Source: Octopus bimaculoides
Taxonomy: Eukaryota
Reading direction: 5' to 3'
Length of the DNA: 64,000 bases
NCBI RefSeq assembly: GCF_001194135.2
Contig: NC_068999.1
Coordinates: 26,245,947-26,309,946 of the forward strand
The translations under genes were made by a program, and so were the position numbers. Below, in pieces: positions 11,501 through 23,890 of the stretch. The notes beneath the pieces are model-generated. The model ran no database searches. It saw only the letters and a list, made by a program, of their open reading frames with translations, and was not told the origin of the DNA. The stretch's first letter is position 1, and the number at the start of each line of letters is the position of its first letter.

Positions 11501-14500
11501 CATATGTACATCATGACTCATACACTGTTCACTTTCCTGGCTTTTGTACATAATTCTATGCACTGTACATGCACCTTTGATGAGTTGTAGTGCACCTGAG
11601 CACTATACACAATAATTTCACTATTATTATTGGACACCAACAAACTCTTATTTTTTTTAAAGATAATTTTGCCAATAGACTGCCAATAGCCTCTATGAAT
11701 TTTAGGGATTATTTCAATTATATTCAATTCTCCCAGAATATATATTATTATAAAAATCATGTTTCCCTTCTGTTCATCGCATGTTATTTCAATGATTTCA
11801 TGAAACCAGACATTTTGTAGTTTTGAAAATGTTCCACTATAATATCATTTCTAACATTATTGTTCAGCAGAAAATTAAGGGAGGTGTTTTATTTTTGGTC
11901 AAAGTTTATTGTTTCCTAACATGCCACCAAAAACTAAAAAAGAAATAGGGATGTGTGAAGAAAGGAAAAAGACGAACAGAAGGAAACTGGAAGGCAAAAC
12001 AGAAAACTCTGCTGTAAACCATTTTCAATTTATTGAATGCATTTCCTTCCACTTAAAACTATTTGTAGTTGAGATGGCTAAACTAATTTACAAAGCCCTT
12101 CATTCAGTAAAACAGTCAGTCTTGCTATCTGTAAGATAAACATTATTTTGTAGAGAAATATTTGTTACAAAACAATTGTGAAACTCCAAAGATAAGTCAT
12201 GGAAACATTCCTTATTATGAATGAAAAATAATTCACTGAAACTTGTCAGTTACTGCTTTATGTATGAAGAAGTTTCCGTTAAGATATTTCACTGGGATGT
12301 TATGTTAATATTTGAGACAAAAATTGTTATCAAAATAATTTGACATTCTTCATTTGCCACAAATATAACTAATCTACACATACTCATAAATATGGGAGAT
12401 TTTATGTGGTTGCTCAACCTGCTAGAAGTAGCTGACATATCTTCAACTCATCCAGAAAGATACATCACAAGGAGTGTTGTTTATGGTGAAGTCTTCTGTG
12501 TCAGTGTAAATATTGTATAAACTAAGTTTGCAGAATGTGAAATAAAATATTTAAAAAATTAAAGTTTGTAGCTAAACAATATTAAAAAATTATTTATGAA
12601 ACATTCATTGAGAAAGATAACCTAAAGTTCAATAATTTGCTCATTTAAAAAGTACTCAATAGATTTATTTTCTTGAAAATGGAGATAACTTTAATGACTT
12701 TCTAATTTTCTCAAAGACTCTTTGTATTTTAAGCTGAATATATTTTATATTATAGGTAAATGGATAAACAATATAATTTTAAAATTTTATCATTATGCCC
12801 TCATCAAAGCAATGAACATTGAACTGGTATTTACAAAAGTTTATTCTCAAAAGTTCTGAAAGGTTTTAATAATAAATATTAAGAAAATTAGTCAGTTTTA
12901 ACTGATGATAGTAAACTAGAAGTTTTGTTTAATCAGTAGTAAAAATTTACTTAATATTTTATTTAGAAACATCCTTTGAATAATATTTGATATATTGTAT
13001 TTTATTTTTTGTAGTGGTTTAGTTAAGCGAACAAACTTGTCAAAAGGTAAATTTATTTTTTCATATTATTAGATGTTTGTTTATTATAGTTTGAATTGTG
13101 CCTGCTATATTAGGTTTAATGGAGAGAAAGGAAATACTGGGAGTAAGGAAAGTTTGTGTAGACACTAGCTACTATAAGATATTTATAACCAACTTTTTAC
13201 AAGTTTCTAAGCAACAATGGGCAGGTGAGAGTAGCTAAAACAGATGATGATACATAATTGTTTCTGAACTGTTTCACATTCTGTTTATAATATTGGCATA
13301 ATGACTCTTCCTAGACACAACAAAATTACATGGAATAAGTTAAGAGCCATAAGTAATTTGCAGTTACTTTATTATTGTCTAATTTATCAAGCTGGGAAGC
13401 AGTTTCAAATTCTTGACAATTAACAGAATAATTAAGCTTCAACATGTCATAAGCGACATGACAACTATGATCTCTGCACATGCACCCCAATCAAGTAGTA
13501 GGACTGTTTCTATGAGGTCTTCTTGCAGACTATCTCAATAACAAATGGTGCCGAGTCTGGTATTGCAGCTGGTTACTTTAACAGACATATTAGACGACAT
13601 CATGATGGTTATCTGATATACAAGAAGACTATGGATATAATACAGGGAATGAAATCTTTTTGAGTTCTATGATACAATTGACTATAGCTACTTGCAACAC
13701 TAGCTTCAAGAAACCCACCAATCAGGTAGAATTCTTATTCATAAGGAATTAAAATAAGCAGGGTCAGAGTGAGATGGACTGAGATGAATAAGACAGTCTG
13801 AGCAAAGAAATATTAAAGCAGTTGTATACTGTCAACTCAATGTGACAGTCCCAACAAGAGAATCATACTGCTGATATTTAGCCCTAGGAAGCTGGACTGC
13901 TTCCTGTCGGCCTTGGCACATTTTCTGTGTCCTTATATTTGCGAGGGGGAGACAAGCAGCCCCACCCAGCTCAGTGTGCATTCAGGGACGTGTTTCTGAG
14001 TCATTGCTCGTCATCAACCTGAAGTAGCAAAACAAGCTGGCTGAAGATGCATGTCAAACCCTCACAAATATATATATATTTTTAGGTCCAGCTTCCTAGG
14101 GCTAAATAACAGCAGTATGATTCCCTTATTGGGACTGTCAGAGTTGACAGTATACAACTGCTTTATCGTAACACTGCTGCTTAATTCTCTCTGTGAGATT
14201 TATAATTAGATCATTTCCAAAGAAATATTGTTTATCAGTTATAATCAGTCAACCAAGAAGATAAGTGTATTCTCATTGGAGTCACTAGAAGATTGAATTA
14301 TCACTAAGGACTCTTTCTTATATTTTGCTTTGTCTGACGGTTTGATAATGTTAAGTTGTATTTCCTGGGAGTAATAGCAGTTTTAGTTGTTTATATGGTC
14401 TATTGTCAGTGTTTGGCATAAGCTGCCCCTCTTGCATGTTTTATAAGGAAAGATTCAAGAATATGTATTAGTTTTGTTGATTTGAGAAACCTGCTGCTGT

Positions 14501-17500
14501 GGGTATATTTTTATTATTGCATTCTGTTAAGTATAACAATTGTTGGAGTTGGTCATATTGTTTTTTGCAAAGATTTTGTTTCCTCATTCAGAATGTTTCT
14601 AAATGCTTACCATTTTATATTTTACAGTTAAATTGTGACTATTAAATGATTGTCTGATTTTCTTTTTTGGCAGATGCTGTGGACTATATTATCATGGGTA
14701 CTGTAATACAAGAAGTGAAAACAAGCAACATAGCAAGAGAAGTGAGTATTTGTTTTCCTTTGATTTATTTGCTGCCGAAATTTACAAATCCTTTACTTTT
14801 CACTTTACTTTCTCTTTTCAGGCAAGTTTAGGAGCTGGTTTCTCAGACAAAATTCCTGCCCACACAGTCACCCAAGCTTGTATATCATCAAACCAAGCAA
14901 TTACTTCAGGTTATTAGCAGTTTTTCTCTTAATCTAGAATAGAGCTGTTTGAATTGTTTATATAGAAAGAAAAAGAGTACAGTATTATTTCAATGTCAAT
15001 TACCAAATGTATTGTTTCCAGTAGTGAAATATATGTTTTCCTTCTTTTTTTTTTCCAGCTATAGGGTTAATAGCTTCAGGGAACTGTGATGCTGTTATTG
15101 CTGGTGGTGTGGAGTTTTTGTCAGATGCTCCAATCCGATTGAGTCGTAAAATGAGGAAGCTGTTGCTGTCGCTAAACAAAGCTAAAAAGCTTCCCCAGAA
15201 GCTTTCTTTGATCAGCCAAATGTTGACCCCTTCTTCTCTGACTCCTGATGTGAGTTATATTTGTAATTATTACACAACTTGACAAAACTGTTATTTCCAT
15301 CTATATTTTACTAGCTTATTTACTTCAATTGAATATTAAAACACTTTAAATTGGTGGCAACGTTTCTACTCAAAAATTGATTTTTCTTGCAATTAGAAAA
15401 TTTATAGAAATATAGAATGGTATGATAGATTAGATATTTAAAAAATGATAATAAAAACTCTTTGCATCTGTAAATAACTTTATCTGCTATTCTGAGCAAC
15501 TTGTCTATTCATTTCAAGGTAACTTATAGCATTGTCGTATTTCTTAGCCTGACATTGTCAGGAAATTGTTATTAGTAAAATCTCTATGTGAAACATTACT
15601 GCTATATTTCATGACATATTTCCTACCAATTCCTTCTTCTGGTTAGATACTGACCTTTCTTTTGTAATTTTCAAGATGCATGTAATATTGCTTTTTGTTT
15701 TCTTTTATTCACCCCAGCTTCCATCAGTGTCTGAATTCTCTACTGGAGAAACAATGGGCCATTCTGCTGACAGACTAACATCAGCTTTTTCTGTCTCCCG
15801 CCAAGAACAGGTAATTTTTTGGAAACTTGGAATAACTAAATTTTGTCAAGTGTTACCATTGTTTATTGAAATTACTTTTTTTTTTTTTTAATTACAGGAT
15901 GAATATGCCCAAAGGTCACATATGTTTGCACAAGAAGCTTCTGACAAAGGATTGCTTACCGATATTGTTCCCTATAAAGTAGCAGGTAAGAATAGTTTGC
16001 TTTTAATCAATCATTGAAGTAATGGCCAAAATAATGGTTTTTAAATAAGCTATCTCCGGTACACAGCTTGAATTTTCACTATTTGCTCATCTGAAGACTT
16101 CATTCCTTCCATCAAATTCTGAGAATGAAAGTTTGCTGAATTTTGTCAAAGTTCAATGACCCAGATATATTTTATTAACTGAATTATAGGACAAAGAAGA
16201 TATAAAGATATAAGGAATCAGAAAATTTTAATTTTCCCAAAATATTTCATATGAGTGTGAACTGAAAAGTTCATAGGTGGACGATGAAGGAGTGATGCTA
16301 GAGCTGTGAAATCTTGCATTCATTCATTTCAACACTTCTTTATTTGCATTGTTTTTTCTAGGTAAACTGACATCTGACTGTTCAAAGACTTCAAAAGTAA
16401 CTAAGTAGCAGGACTTCTTGAAAATGGACAAAATTTGGTGTTGTGGTGCTATCAAGTGCCAGCAGTAAAATGGTTTAGTCCCCCAAAGACATTCATGCTG
16501 CCATGGTTGCTACATTGTTCCAGCTTTATCAACAATGCAGAAGTGAGCAACTGAATTTAGGAGAGGAAGGGAGAGTCCTGAAGATGACCCAACGTGTGGA
16601 CGTCTTACAACTGCCACTATCGAGGAAAACTTTGTGCTCACCACATAGTAATAAATAACAGGCAACTGACTATAAATCAAAAAGCCAATATCCTATTCAT
16701 TGTGCTTAGTGGGTGCCATGTCTTGACACCTGATAAAAAGTGCACCAGACTGATCACATCATGAAATAATCTGACATTGTTTGAGGTAGATCCAATTAGT
16801 TTCCTTGAATGTTTTCTAACTCAGGATGTGAGTTGGTTTCATCACTTTCAGCCAGAGACGGAGACAATCCATGCAGTGGAAACACTCCTCATGCTCCTAA
16901 GAAGGCCACGGTAGTTTCATCTACAGGGAAGATGATGGCCTGTTTTTTGGGTATATGAAAGGCATTGTTTATTGACTGTTTTCAAATGGGCCACACCTTC
17001 AATGGAGAGTACTATGCCAACTTGGTGAAGCAGTTACAAAAGGCTATGAAGAGCAAGCCTTTTGACAAAAGGGGTCTTGTTTCATCCAGACAATGCTTTA
17101 GCATACAAGTCCTTGTTTTCAATAGTTGCTGTGATCCTCTTAATTATCATCTGTTCCTCAACATGAAAAACACTTGGCTGGGAACCAATATCACAATGAT
17201 GATATCATATCTGCTGTTGACGACATTTTTAACCAACAGGATTGAAGCTTTTTCACCAATGAGATCCAAGTACTGCAACACCAATGGAAGAAGTGTGTGG
17301 ACCACAAGGGGGACTATGTTGAATAATAAACCTCATTTGGTCGCATTCCATGAGAGCATCTTGGTCAGCCTATGAACTTTTCAGCCGACCCTTGTAAATT
17401 TGTTGGTGTGATGGAGTATTATCATCAATTGCAGTTATTTTAAAGTTTGTTTATCCATGCTAGCATAGGTTGGATGAAGGCTTATTTGATGCTGCATTTT

Positions 17501-20500
17501 ACAGCTGGATGTTCTTTTTACACATAGAACCCTTATGTCTTTCAAGTCAGGGATTTATTATCCCACAGGTCTTTGAAAGCACAATGTGGCTAGTCATAAT
17601 GTCAACAAGGAATGTAAACATCATAACACTATTAAAGTAATATCACAATGTCAATATCCACAAATGTGATAGGCTTCCATACAATTTTTGTCCATCAAAT
17701 TCACTTATAAAGCATTGACTGAATGACTGGAGGTTGCCCTATAAGACACATTGGAGTCCTTGGGCAAGTGTCTTTCATTTTTGAGATTGTAACTGTCAAA
17801 CAAAATTACTGATGTAAGCAAATGATTCAACATGACAAATGAGTGAATCCAATGTTATTTTTATTTGATAACCTGGGGCTTTCATTTTACTAATGGCATT
17901 TATGTCAAATTGAAAGTTATTTTGTACAACAATGTCTGAGAACTGCAGTGATGATGGAAATTCTCTCTTCTAGAATTGTAGCACTTTTTGCCTGACAGGT
18001 CATAATAGAATCAGTCTGGAAATTATTTTTGTCTTCAATTCAGCAATATGCTTAACATCATAAAACAGTTATATTATAAAGAAAAGAATTATGAAATGAA
18101 AATTAAAGTTTTTCTAACTCATCACTTTTCACATAATGTTTATAGTTTCTTGTACTTTGTAATTCCAGGCAAGGCTGAAATGGTTGTGAAGGACAATGGT
18201 ATCCGTCCTTCTTCTATGGAAAAACTACAAAAACTGAAACCAGCTTTTATTAAACCACATGGTACTATCACTGCAGCAAATTCTTCATTTCTGGTAAGTT
18301 TTAGCTGGTAAAGCTATTTTAACATCAACTAAAATATGAACATGAGGGCTTTCTATATGGTTATTAGCTCAAGATTATGTATCTACAGTTCTTTATGATT
18401 ACTACAGCTTGCTTTAGAAAGAGCACATTTCCATGGTATCACCTTCTAGCTTGGTTTAAAAGGGTACCCTTATATATATGTTTCAATCCAATATGAATAA
18501 TCTGCCATATCTGAAATATTTTGCATTGTTTAACAAAATCCCTCTAATTTAAGGCAGCTCTTTATATTTTGGGCCTCAACAAGGCAATGACTAGTGACTA
18601 AGACCTTTGGAGATATGCTGTGCTTGAGAAGACCTGATAAGCCAAGTGAGACCATAACCCTTGGCCTATGCCAGTGGTGTATAACCAGCCCACTTATGAG
18701 TACCCTTCATTCACTGGACAAGAAACTTTGCTTGCGAAGACCTGTTGTGGCAAGTGAAACAAAATCACGATGTGGCCAATGACAGTACCACCTGATTGGC
18801 ACTCGTGCCAGTGGAACGTTACAAGCACGATCCGAGCGTGATGTTGCCAGGGCTGCTGAGTGGCATGTAAAAAGCACCAATCGAGCGTGATCGTTGCCAA
18901 CATCGCCTTACTGGCACGTGAAAAACATTTGAGTGTGGTTGTTGCCAGTGCTGCCAGACTGACTCACATGGAGGTGACACATAAAAAAACACCTTTTGAG
19001 TGTTTTCGTTGCCAGTATCGCCTGACTGGCCCTCGTACTGGTGGCACATAAAAGCACCAACTCCACTCATGGAGTGGTTGGTGTCAGGTTGGCATCCAGC
19101 TGTAGAAACTTTGCCAGATCAGATTGGAGCCTGGTGCACCCTTCTGGCTTGCCAATCCTCAGTCAAACAGTCCAACCCATGCCAGCATGGAAAGTGGATG
19201 TTAAACGACGATGATAATGATGATGATGATGTTCATCCACACAATATGCCCCGAGCACATATGTGTGGTAATGGTCTGTGATTCAATGGTGAGAGACTGG
19301 CAACTCTGATTTTTCCTCAGTGTCTGGTGTCGATGCCTGCCATTTAATACTGTGTTGGTGAAATCTCAAGAATGTCATTCCACAGACAGACCCGATTAAT
19401 TTGTATAGATGCTGAGTTATGTTATATTTGCTCTTGTAAATCATCAGCTGGTCTTAAGATTCCTTTGAAAGTCAGTTAATCAATCTTCTCTACCCACCAT
19501 ACCTGGGAGGGTTGTGGGTTAGAGTCCTCAAACATCTTCACTGGATCCTATTTAGAAACATGATCAACTGAGACTATGGATATTATCCAGCCATCTCATT
19601 CTTGGTTTACCCCTAGATATCCTGCCAGTTGGTTCGGCTTGAAGAAATCTTTTTGTAAATAATTCATACAACATTCTAATCATGTCTGTAGTACCAGAGC
19701 TGTGACCTCTTAATGCACTGAAGTGGCTGCTCAACATGGAGAGACCCCCTGATCTTTGAGTTACACATCCCGAAGGAATCCATTTTCAGCCACTTGTATT
19801 TGCAATCATACTCTTTTGGTCATTACCCAACATTTATGACCATAGATGAAGATAGGCAATGAAGATAAGTTTGGCATTTTTTACCAACCTCTCTTCTGAG
19901 GATCAAATGCTGGACATGGCACATCACTATGCCAGCACCTGCAATTTTAGCATCCCGTTTAGCCTCCTGCTTCTCACCACCCATGAATATGGCCCTGAGA
20001 TACTTCAACTCCTCCACTTGTCTCAATTATATTTTACTAACATACAGGATGCACTGGGAAGCCCTTTTAGAGAGGACTGATATCTGTCTTATCAATGCTA
20101 ATTCTCATCCCTGCCTTACAAACCTATTCAGGGCATGCTAGAGATCACTTTGTGTTGAACCAGGTCTTCTGCAAATATCAATCCAGTTCATAAAAATAGG
20201 TGACAATTCATACTCTTGCCAAAGTCCAACACCCATGTCGAAAGGTTTTGACTCAGCATCATTTATACATATGCAAACATTTGAGCATTCAGGACTTCAC
20301 AACAATCAGAAGTTGCCCATTAATCCCAAACTCTTACAAAACCTCCACAGCATGCTTCTTGGCATGTGGTCATATGCATTTATGAGGTTTACAAAGCAAG
20401 CCTACACTTCTTGATAATGTTCCCACAATTTCTCAGACACCTACTATAGAATGAATATCTACTTGGTTGTGCAGCATCCAGTATGGGAACCACACTGTTT

Positions 20501-22730
20501 TTCAGCTAGCTTGTCCCTATGTCTCTTTCCCAGATACCTAGTATAGACTATACTGGGGAGGTTCATCAAAGAGATTCTATAAATCATGCGTTCTCGTGTC
20601 TCCCTTTTTAAAATCTGAGATGATCACCCAAGATTGCAATTGCTTTGGTATACCACCTGGTATACACAAGTTAGCCAAAGAACACCTTCTGTATTAAGGG
20701 CTTTTAATATCTAGGGCTAAATTTCATCCTCTTAAATATTTTCAATTCAATCACTTATTCTGCTTTATGTAGCAACCAATCAGTTTTTAAATAAAGCTAA
20801 ATGTAAAAAGTCTTAAATAATAGCCTGTAATAATTGAAATGAATGGCGAGCATATCAATCCTGTGCAACATAGGCACCACTAATCTGCATAGAGCTGACT
20901 AAAGGTTACTCAAATGCAAAATCTCACTGAGCCTGAAATTTTCATAACTCATTTAAATATTTTATTTTGTACAGATACCTAGAAATGTTTGAGGAATTCT
21001 TTAACTATGTGTTCTTAAAAAAAAAAAAAACATAAGCCATCAACAGCTTCGATCAATAAATCAACTGAAACAGTCATAGCCTATTTCTATCGACTGCTAT
21101 CAATAATATTCTTATTACATGATTTACCAGTGTCAGTTGATTTCAGAAAAAGTACATTAGTGTAGATTTTTTCTTCCTACTTTAGACTCTATGGTCTAAT
21201 CCCAATAAGAAAAAAAATTCACATTCTAGACTTGGTTTCATCTCGAGCACTATAAAGTTATTTATGTATAAAACAGAATATAACTATACTTTACATATAT
21301 TAAAGACCAATCTGAGTAAATTCCGAGGTTGACAAGGAAAAACTGAATGAATCTTAATTGTAATGAAAGACTGAGAAAAGTGTTATGAGGTAAGAGTTAC
21401 TAGTTGGTATTTTATAATGAGTGCAAAATTTAACTACAACAAACTTGTAAAATAATTAAAGCTGAAAAAAAAATAGCTTGTACTAAACACAAAATAACAC
21501 AGGCCTAATTTATGAGGATATGAAAACAGACATATCAATGTTTTGAGTTATTTGAAGCTAAATTGTATACAGATTTCAATTTGAAGAAATGGCGTAACTG
21601 ATGCAGTTAATATTTTCAGACTGATGGTGCTTCAGCTTGCCTTTTGATGTCAGAAGAAAAGGCCTTAGCCATGGGCTTCAAACCCAAAGCATACCTACGA
21701 GATTTTGTCTATGTCTCTCAAGATCCTAAAGATCAACTTCTTCTAGGGTAAGTGAAATCTATCTATAAATATACATATATAAAGCTTTAAGTCATCAAGG
21801 AGAAAGCAATTTGAAGAAATTAATTTATTTTCTTACAAAAAAAAAATAAATAAAATAAATAAACAAAAATCATCGAATAAAATTTTAAAAAGTCTAGTTT
21901 GAAACATGCTTGCATTTTTACACAATAAGATGAGTTTGCTGAGGTAGGTCTGATTCATATTGAAACTCTCAGCTCTAATCATGAGCTCTAAATTTTTCAT
22001 TTAAAATTCAACTTGTCTTAACTGGTGCCTCAAACTGCACCTTCCCTGACTGTTAGGGATATGAATTCTTTAAATCTACATGGATTGATGAGTGAAATGA
22101 AGAGTTTGTTATTAAAATTTTAAAAAGGAGAAAAAAAAACTTTAAATATTTCAAAACTGGAAGTATTTTTGTGGCAGTGTCTAAAATGAATAATAATTAT
22201 CTTGTAGTCCAGCATATGCAACACCTAAAGTCCTTGAGAAAGCAGGTCTCCAATTAAGTGATATCAGTGTATTTGAATATCATGAAGCCTTTGCAGTAAG
22301 TTCTTGGAAATTTTTTTTTTCTCTTTATTATACAGACAAAAATTATAAAATGAGTTGTGAATATTTTGGTATGAGAAAACTAAAAAGTTATTTTGCTCTC
22401 CACAGGGACAAATCCTGGCCAATCTTAAGGCAATGGATTCTGACTGGTTTGCCAAAACCTATATGGGACGCAGTTCAAAAGTAAGAATATTTTTTGGTTG
22501 TTTGTTTTATTTACAAACATACAGCTGATTTCTTACTATTAATGTTTTTTTTTTTTTTCTAATAGGTTGGAACTCCTGATCTTTCAAAATTTAACCTGTG
22601 GGGAGGTTCTTTATCTATTGGTCACCCATTTGGTGCAACTGGAGTGCGATTAGTTACTACAGCAGCCAATCGTTTACACAAAGAAGGTGGGCAGTATGGG
22701 CTTGTGGCAGCATGTGCAGCTGGAGGCATT
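8543..22730 (+). CDS. HADHB: Mitochondrial trifunctional enzyme subunit beta (3-ketoacyl-CoA thiolase), 13 recovered coding exons; partial at both ends
   Basis: Manually spliced GT-AG exons give 439 contiguous codons colinear with HADHB as I recall it: [17 protein letters not shown]..., catalytic Cys in [29 protein letters not shown]. All phases chain. Confidence 0.96.
8936..9156. mobile_element. piggyBac-type MITE
   Basis: TTAA|CCCCTTAGCATT...AATACTAAAGGG|TTAA: imperfect TIRs, TTAA on both sides, no ORF. Confidence 0.7.
9258..9481 (+). mobile_element. Young SINE with 13-bp target site duplication
   Basis: AAGAGATACACTG at 9245-9257 and 9482-9494; CpG-rich; B-box-like GAGTTCAAATTC; A-rich tail. 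Confidence 0.8.
9915..10044 (+). CDS. HADHB: HADHB exon ([42 protein letters not shown])
   Basis: AG/GTAAGT boundaries, 130 nt, thiolase N-terminus. Confidence 0.95.
10890..11632 (+). mobile_element. CR1/L2-type LINE 3' fragment
   Basis: [63 protein letters not shown]; frameshifted; TAT tail. Confidence 0.8.
13015..13046 (+). CDS. HADHB: HADHB 32-nt exon ([10 protein letters not shown])
   Basis: AG/GTAAAT, phase 2/1; fills the GLLHRTSVPK-equivalent segment. Confidence 0.9.
13814..14165. repeat. 80-bp inverted repeat with 188-nt spacer (MITE or inverted repeat-family pair)
   Basis: Arms 13814-13897 and 14086-14165 differ by 3 substitutions and a 4-nt indel. Confidence 0.9.
14674..14741 (+). 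CDS. HADHB: HADHB exon ([22 protein letters not shown])
   Basis: CAG/GTGAGT, 68 nt. Confidence 0.95.
14822..14909 (+). CDS. HADHB: HADHB exon with catalytic Cys ([29 protein letters not shown])
   Basis: CAG/GTTATT, 88 nt; Cys codon at 14879-14881. Confidence 0.95.
15059..15249 (+). CDS. HADHB: HADHB exon ([33 protein letters not shown]...LTPD)
   Basis: CAG/GTGAGT, 191 nt. Confidence 0.95.
15718..15810 (+). CDS. HADHB: HADHB exon ([31 protein letters not shown])
   Basis: CAG/GTAATT, 93 nt. Confidence 0.95.
15898..15985 (+). CDS. HADHB: HADHB exon ([29 protein letters not shown])
   Basis: CAG/GTAAGA, 88 nt. Confidence 0.95.
16252..17394 (+). mobile_element. Decayed mariner transposon, both TIRs
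   Basis: TA-flanked TIRs containing CTGAAAAGTTCATAGG / CCTATGAACTTTTCAG; broken transposase. Confidence 0.85.
18169..18293 (+). CDS. HADHB: HADHB exon ([41 protein letters not shown])
   Basis: CAG/GTAAGT, 125 nt. Confidence 0.95.
18571..19230 (+). mobile_element. 5'-truncated RTE LINE: ORF C-terminus plus 3'UTR and (GAT)n tail
   Basis: [13 protein letters not shown] ending 18647-18649; tail ATGGAAAGTGGATGTTAAACGACGATGAT. Confidence 0.75.
19420..20700 (-). mobile_element. Decayed RTE-clade LINE reverse transcriptase
   Basis: Minus-strand remnants [35 protein letters not shown]; many stops. Confidence 0.7.
21620..21747 (+). CDS. HADHB: HADHB exon ([42 protein letters not shown])
   Basis: CAG/GTAAGT, 128 nt. 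Confidence 0.95.
22208..22295 (+). CDS. HADHB: HADHB exon ([29 protein letters not shown])
   Basis: TAG/GTAAGT, 88 nt; HEAF motif typical of TFE-beta thiolases. Confidence 0.95.
22406..22480 (+). CDS. HADHB: HADHB exon ([25 protein letters not shown])
   Basis: CAG/GTAAGA, 75 nt. Confidence 0.95.
22566..22730 (+). CDS. HADHB: HADHB penultimate exon ([26 protein letters not shown]...ACAAGGI)
   Basis: TAG/GTAAGT, 165 nt; GHP and CAAGG motifs. A terminal exon (about 11 aa, GHAMIVE-like) was not found in readable sequence and is presumed to lie in gap 22771-23647. Confidence 0.95.
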
Positions 22731-22770
22731 GTAAGTTACATTTTAGTATTTTAAAGATGTCATATTTACA

Positions 22771-23647
22771 NNNNNNNNNNNNNNNNNNNNNNNNNNNNNN
22801 NNNNNNNNNNNNNNNNNNNNNNNNNNNNNNNNNNNNNNNNNNNNNNNNNNNNNNNNNNNNNNNNNNNNNNNNNNNNNNNNNNNNNNNNNNNNNNNNNNNN
22901 NNNNNNNNNNNNNNNNNNNNNNNNNNNNNNNNNNNNNNNNNNNNNNNNNNNNNNNNNNNNNNNNNNNNNNNNNNNNNNNNNNNNNNNNNNNNNNNNNNNN
23001 NNNNNNNNNNNNNNNNNNNNNNNNNNNNNNNNNNNNNNNNNNNNNNNNNNNNNNNNNNNNNNNNNNNNNNNNNNNNNNNNNNNNNNNNNNNNNNNNNNNN
23101 NNNNNNNNNNNNNNNNNNNNNNNNNNNNNNNNNNNNNNNNNNNNNNNNNNNNNNNNNNNNNNNNNNNNNNNNNNNNNNNNNNNNNNNNNNNNNNNNNNNN
23201 NNNNNNNNNNNNNNNNNNNNNNNNNNNNNNNNNNNNNNNNNNNNNNNNNNNNNNNNNNNNNNNNNNNNNNNNNNNNNNNNNNNNNNNNNNNNNNNNNNNN
23301 NNNNNNNNNNNNNNNNNNNNNNNNNNNNNNNNNNNNNNNNNNNNNNNNNNNNNNNNNNNNNNNNNNNNNNNNNNNNNNNNNNNNNNNNNNNNNNNNNNNN
23401 NNNNNNNNNNNNNNNNNNNNNNNNNNNNNNNNNNNNNNNNNNNNNNNNNNNNNNNNNNNNNNNNNNNNNNNNNNNNNNNNNNNNNNNNNNNNNNNNNNNN
23501 NNNNNNNNNNNNNNNNNNNNNNNNNNNNNNNNNNNNNNNNNNNNNNNNNNNNNNNNNNNNNNNNNNNNNNNNNNNNNNNNNNNNNNNNNNNNNNNNNNNN
23601 NNNNNNNNNNNNNNNNNNNNNNNNNNNNNNNNNNNNNNNNNNNNNNN
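22771..23647. other. Assembly gap (others: 636-645, 2212-2522, 7309-7318, 26063-26380, 43112-44048)
   Basis: Runs of N. Confidence 0.99.
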
Positions 23648-23754
23648 TAAATTTGGGAGATTTTTTCAGCTTTAATAGACAGACAGACAAAAAAAAAGTG
23701 TGTGTGTGTGTGTGGGTTGATGAATGGTATCTTAATGTAAAACCCTACCCAACT

Positions 23755-23760
23755 TTTATT
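23755..23760 (-). terminator. Candidate ATAD2 polyadenylation signal AATAAA
   Basis: TTTATT on + strand, 55 nt past the ATAD2 stop; a hexamer alone is weak evidence in AT-rich DNA. Confidence 0.3.
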
Positions 23761-23815
23761 TAGAAAAAAAAAAAGACAATTTCTTTTCAACCCTGCAGAG
23801 TAAAACTTTGATAAT

Positions 23816-23890
23816 TCAAGTGATATTTACAGAGGGCCGGACACGGGCACGGTGTTGGGATGTGTATTGCACCAGTTTTTGTTCCATATT
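23816..23890 (-). CDS. ATAD2: ATAD2 terminal coding exon (NMEQKLVQYTSQHRARVRPSVNIT*)
   Basis: Strong pyrimidine tract and TAG acceptor, MEQ motif, TGA at 23818-23816. Confidence 0.9.
   Translation of the reverse strand, partial: NMEQKLVQYTSQHRARVRPSVNIT

Noticed and set aside
12902-12925. CTGATGA-TAG-TAAA-CTA-GAAG hammerhead-like string
   Set aside because: GAAG instead of GAAA, and no stem I or III.
14041-14060. CTGAAGA...CAAAC in the hairpin loop
   Set aside because: Lacks GAAA and convincing stems; too degenerate to call.
14870-14881. TQAC instead of TMAC before the catalytic Cys
   Set aside because: Single substitution at a position I cannot show to be invariant; all catalytic motifs are intact.
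15059-15064. Tandem in-frame acceptor (CAG|CTATAG) in HADHB
   Set aside because: The upstream AG matches the conserved protein length; there is no evidence the second is used.
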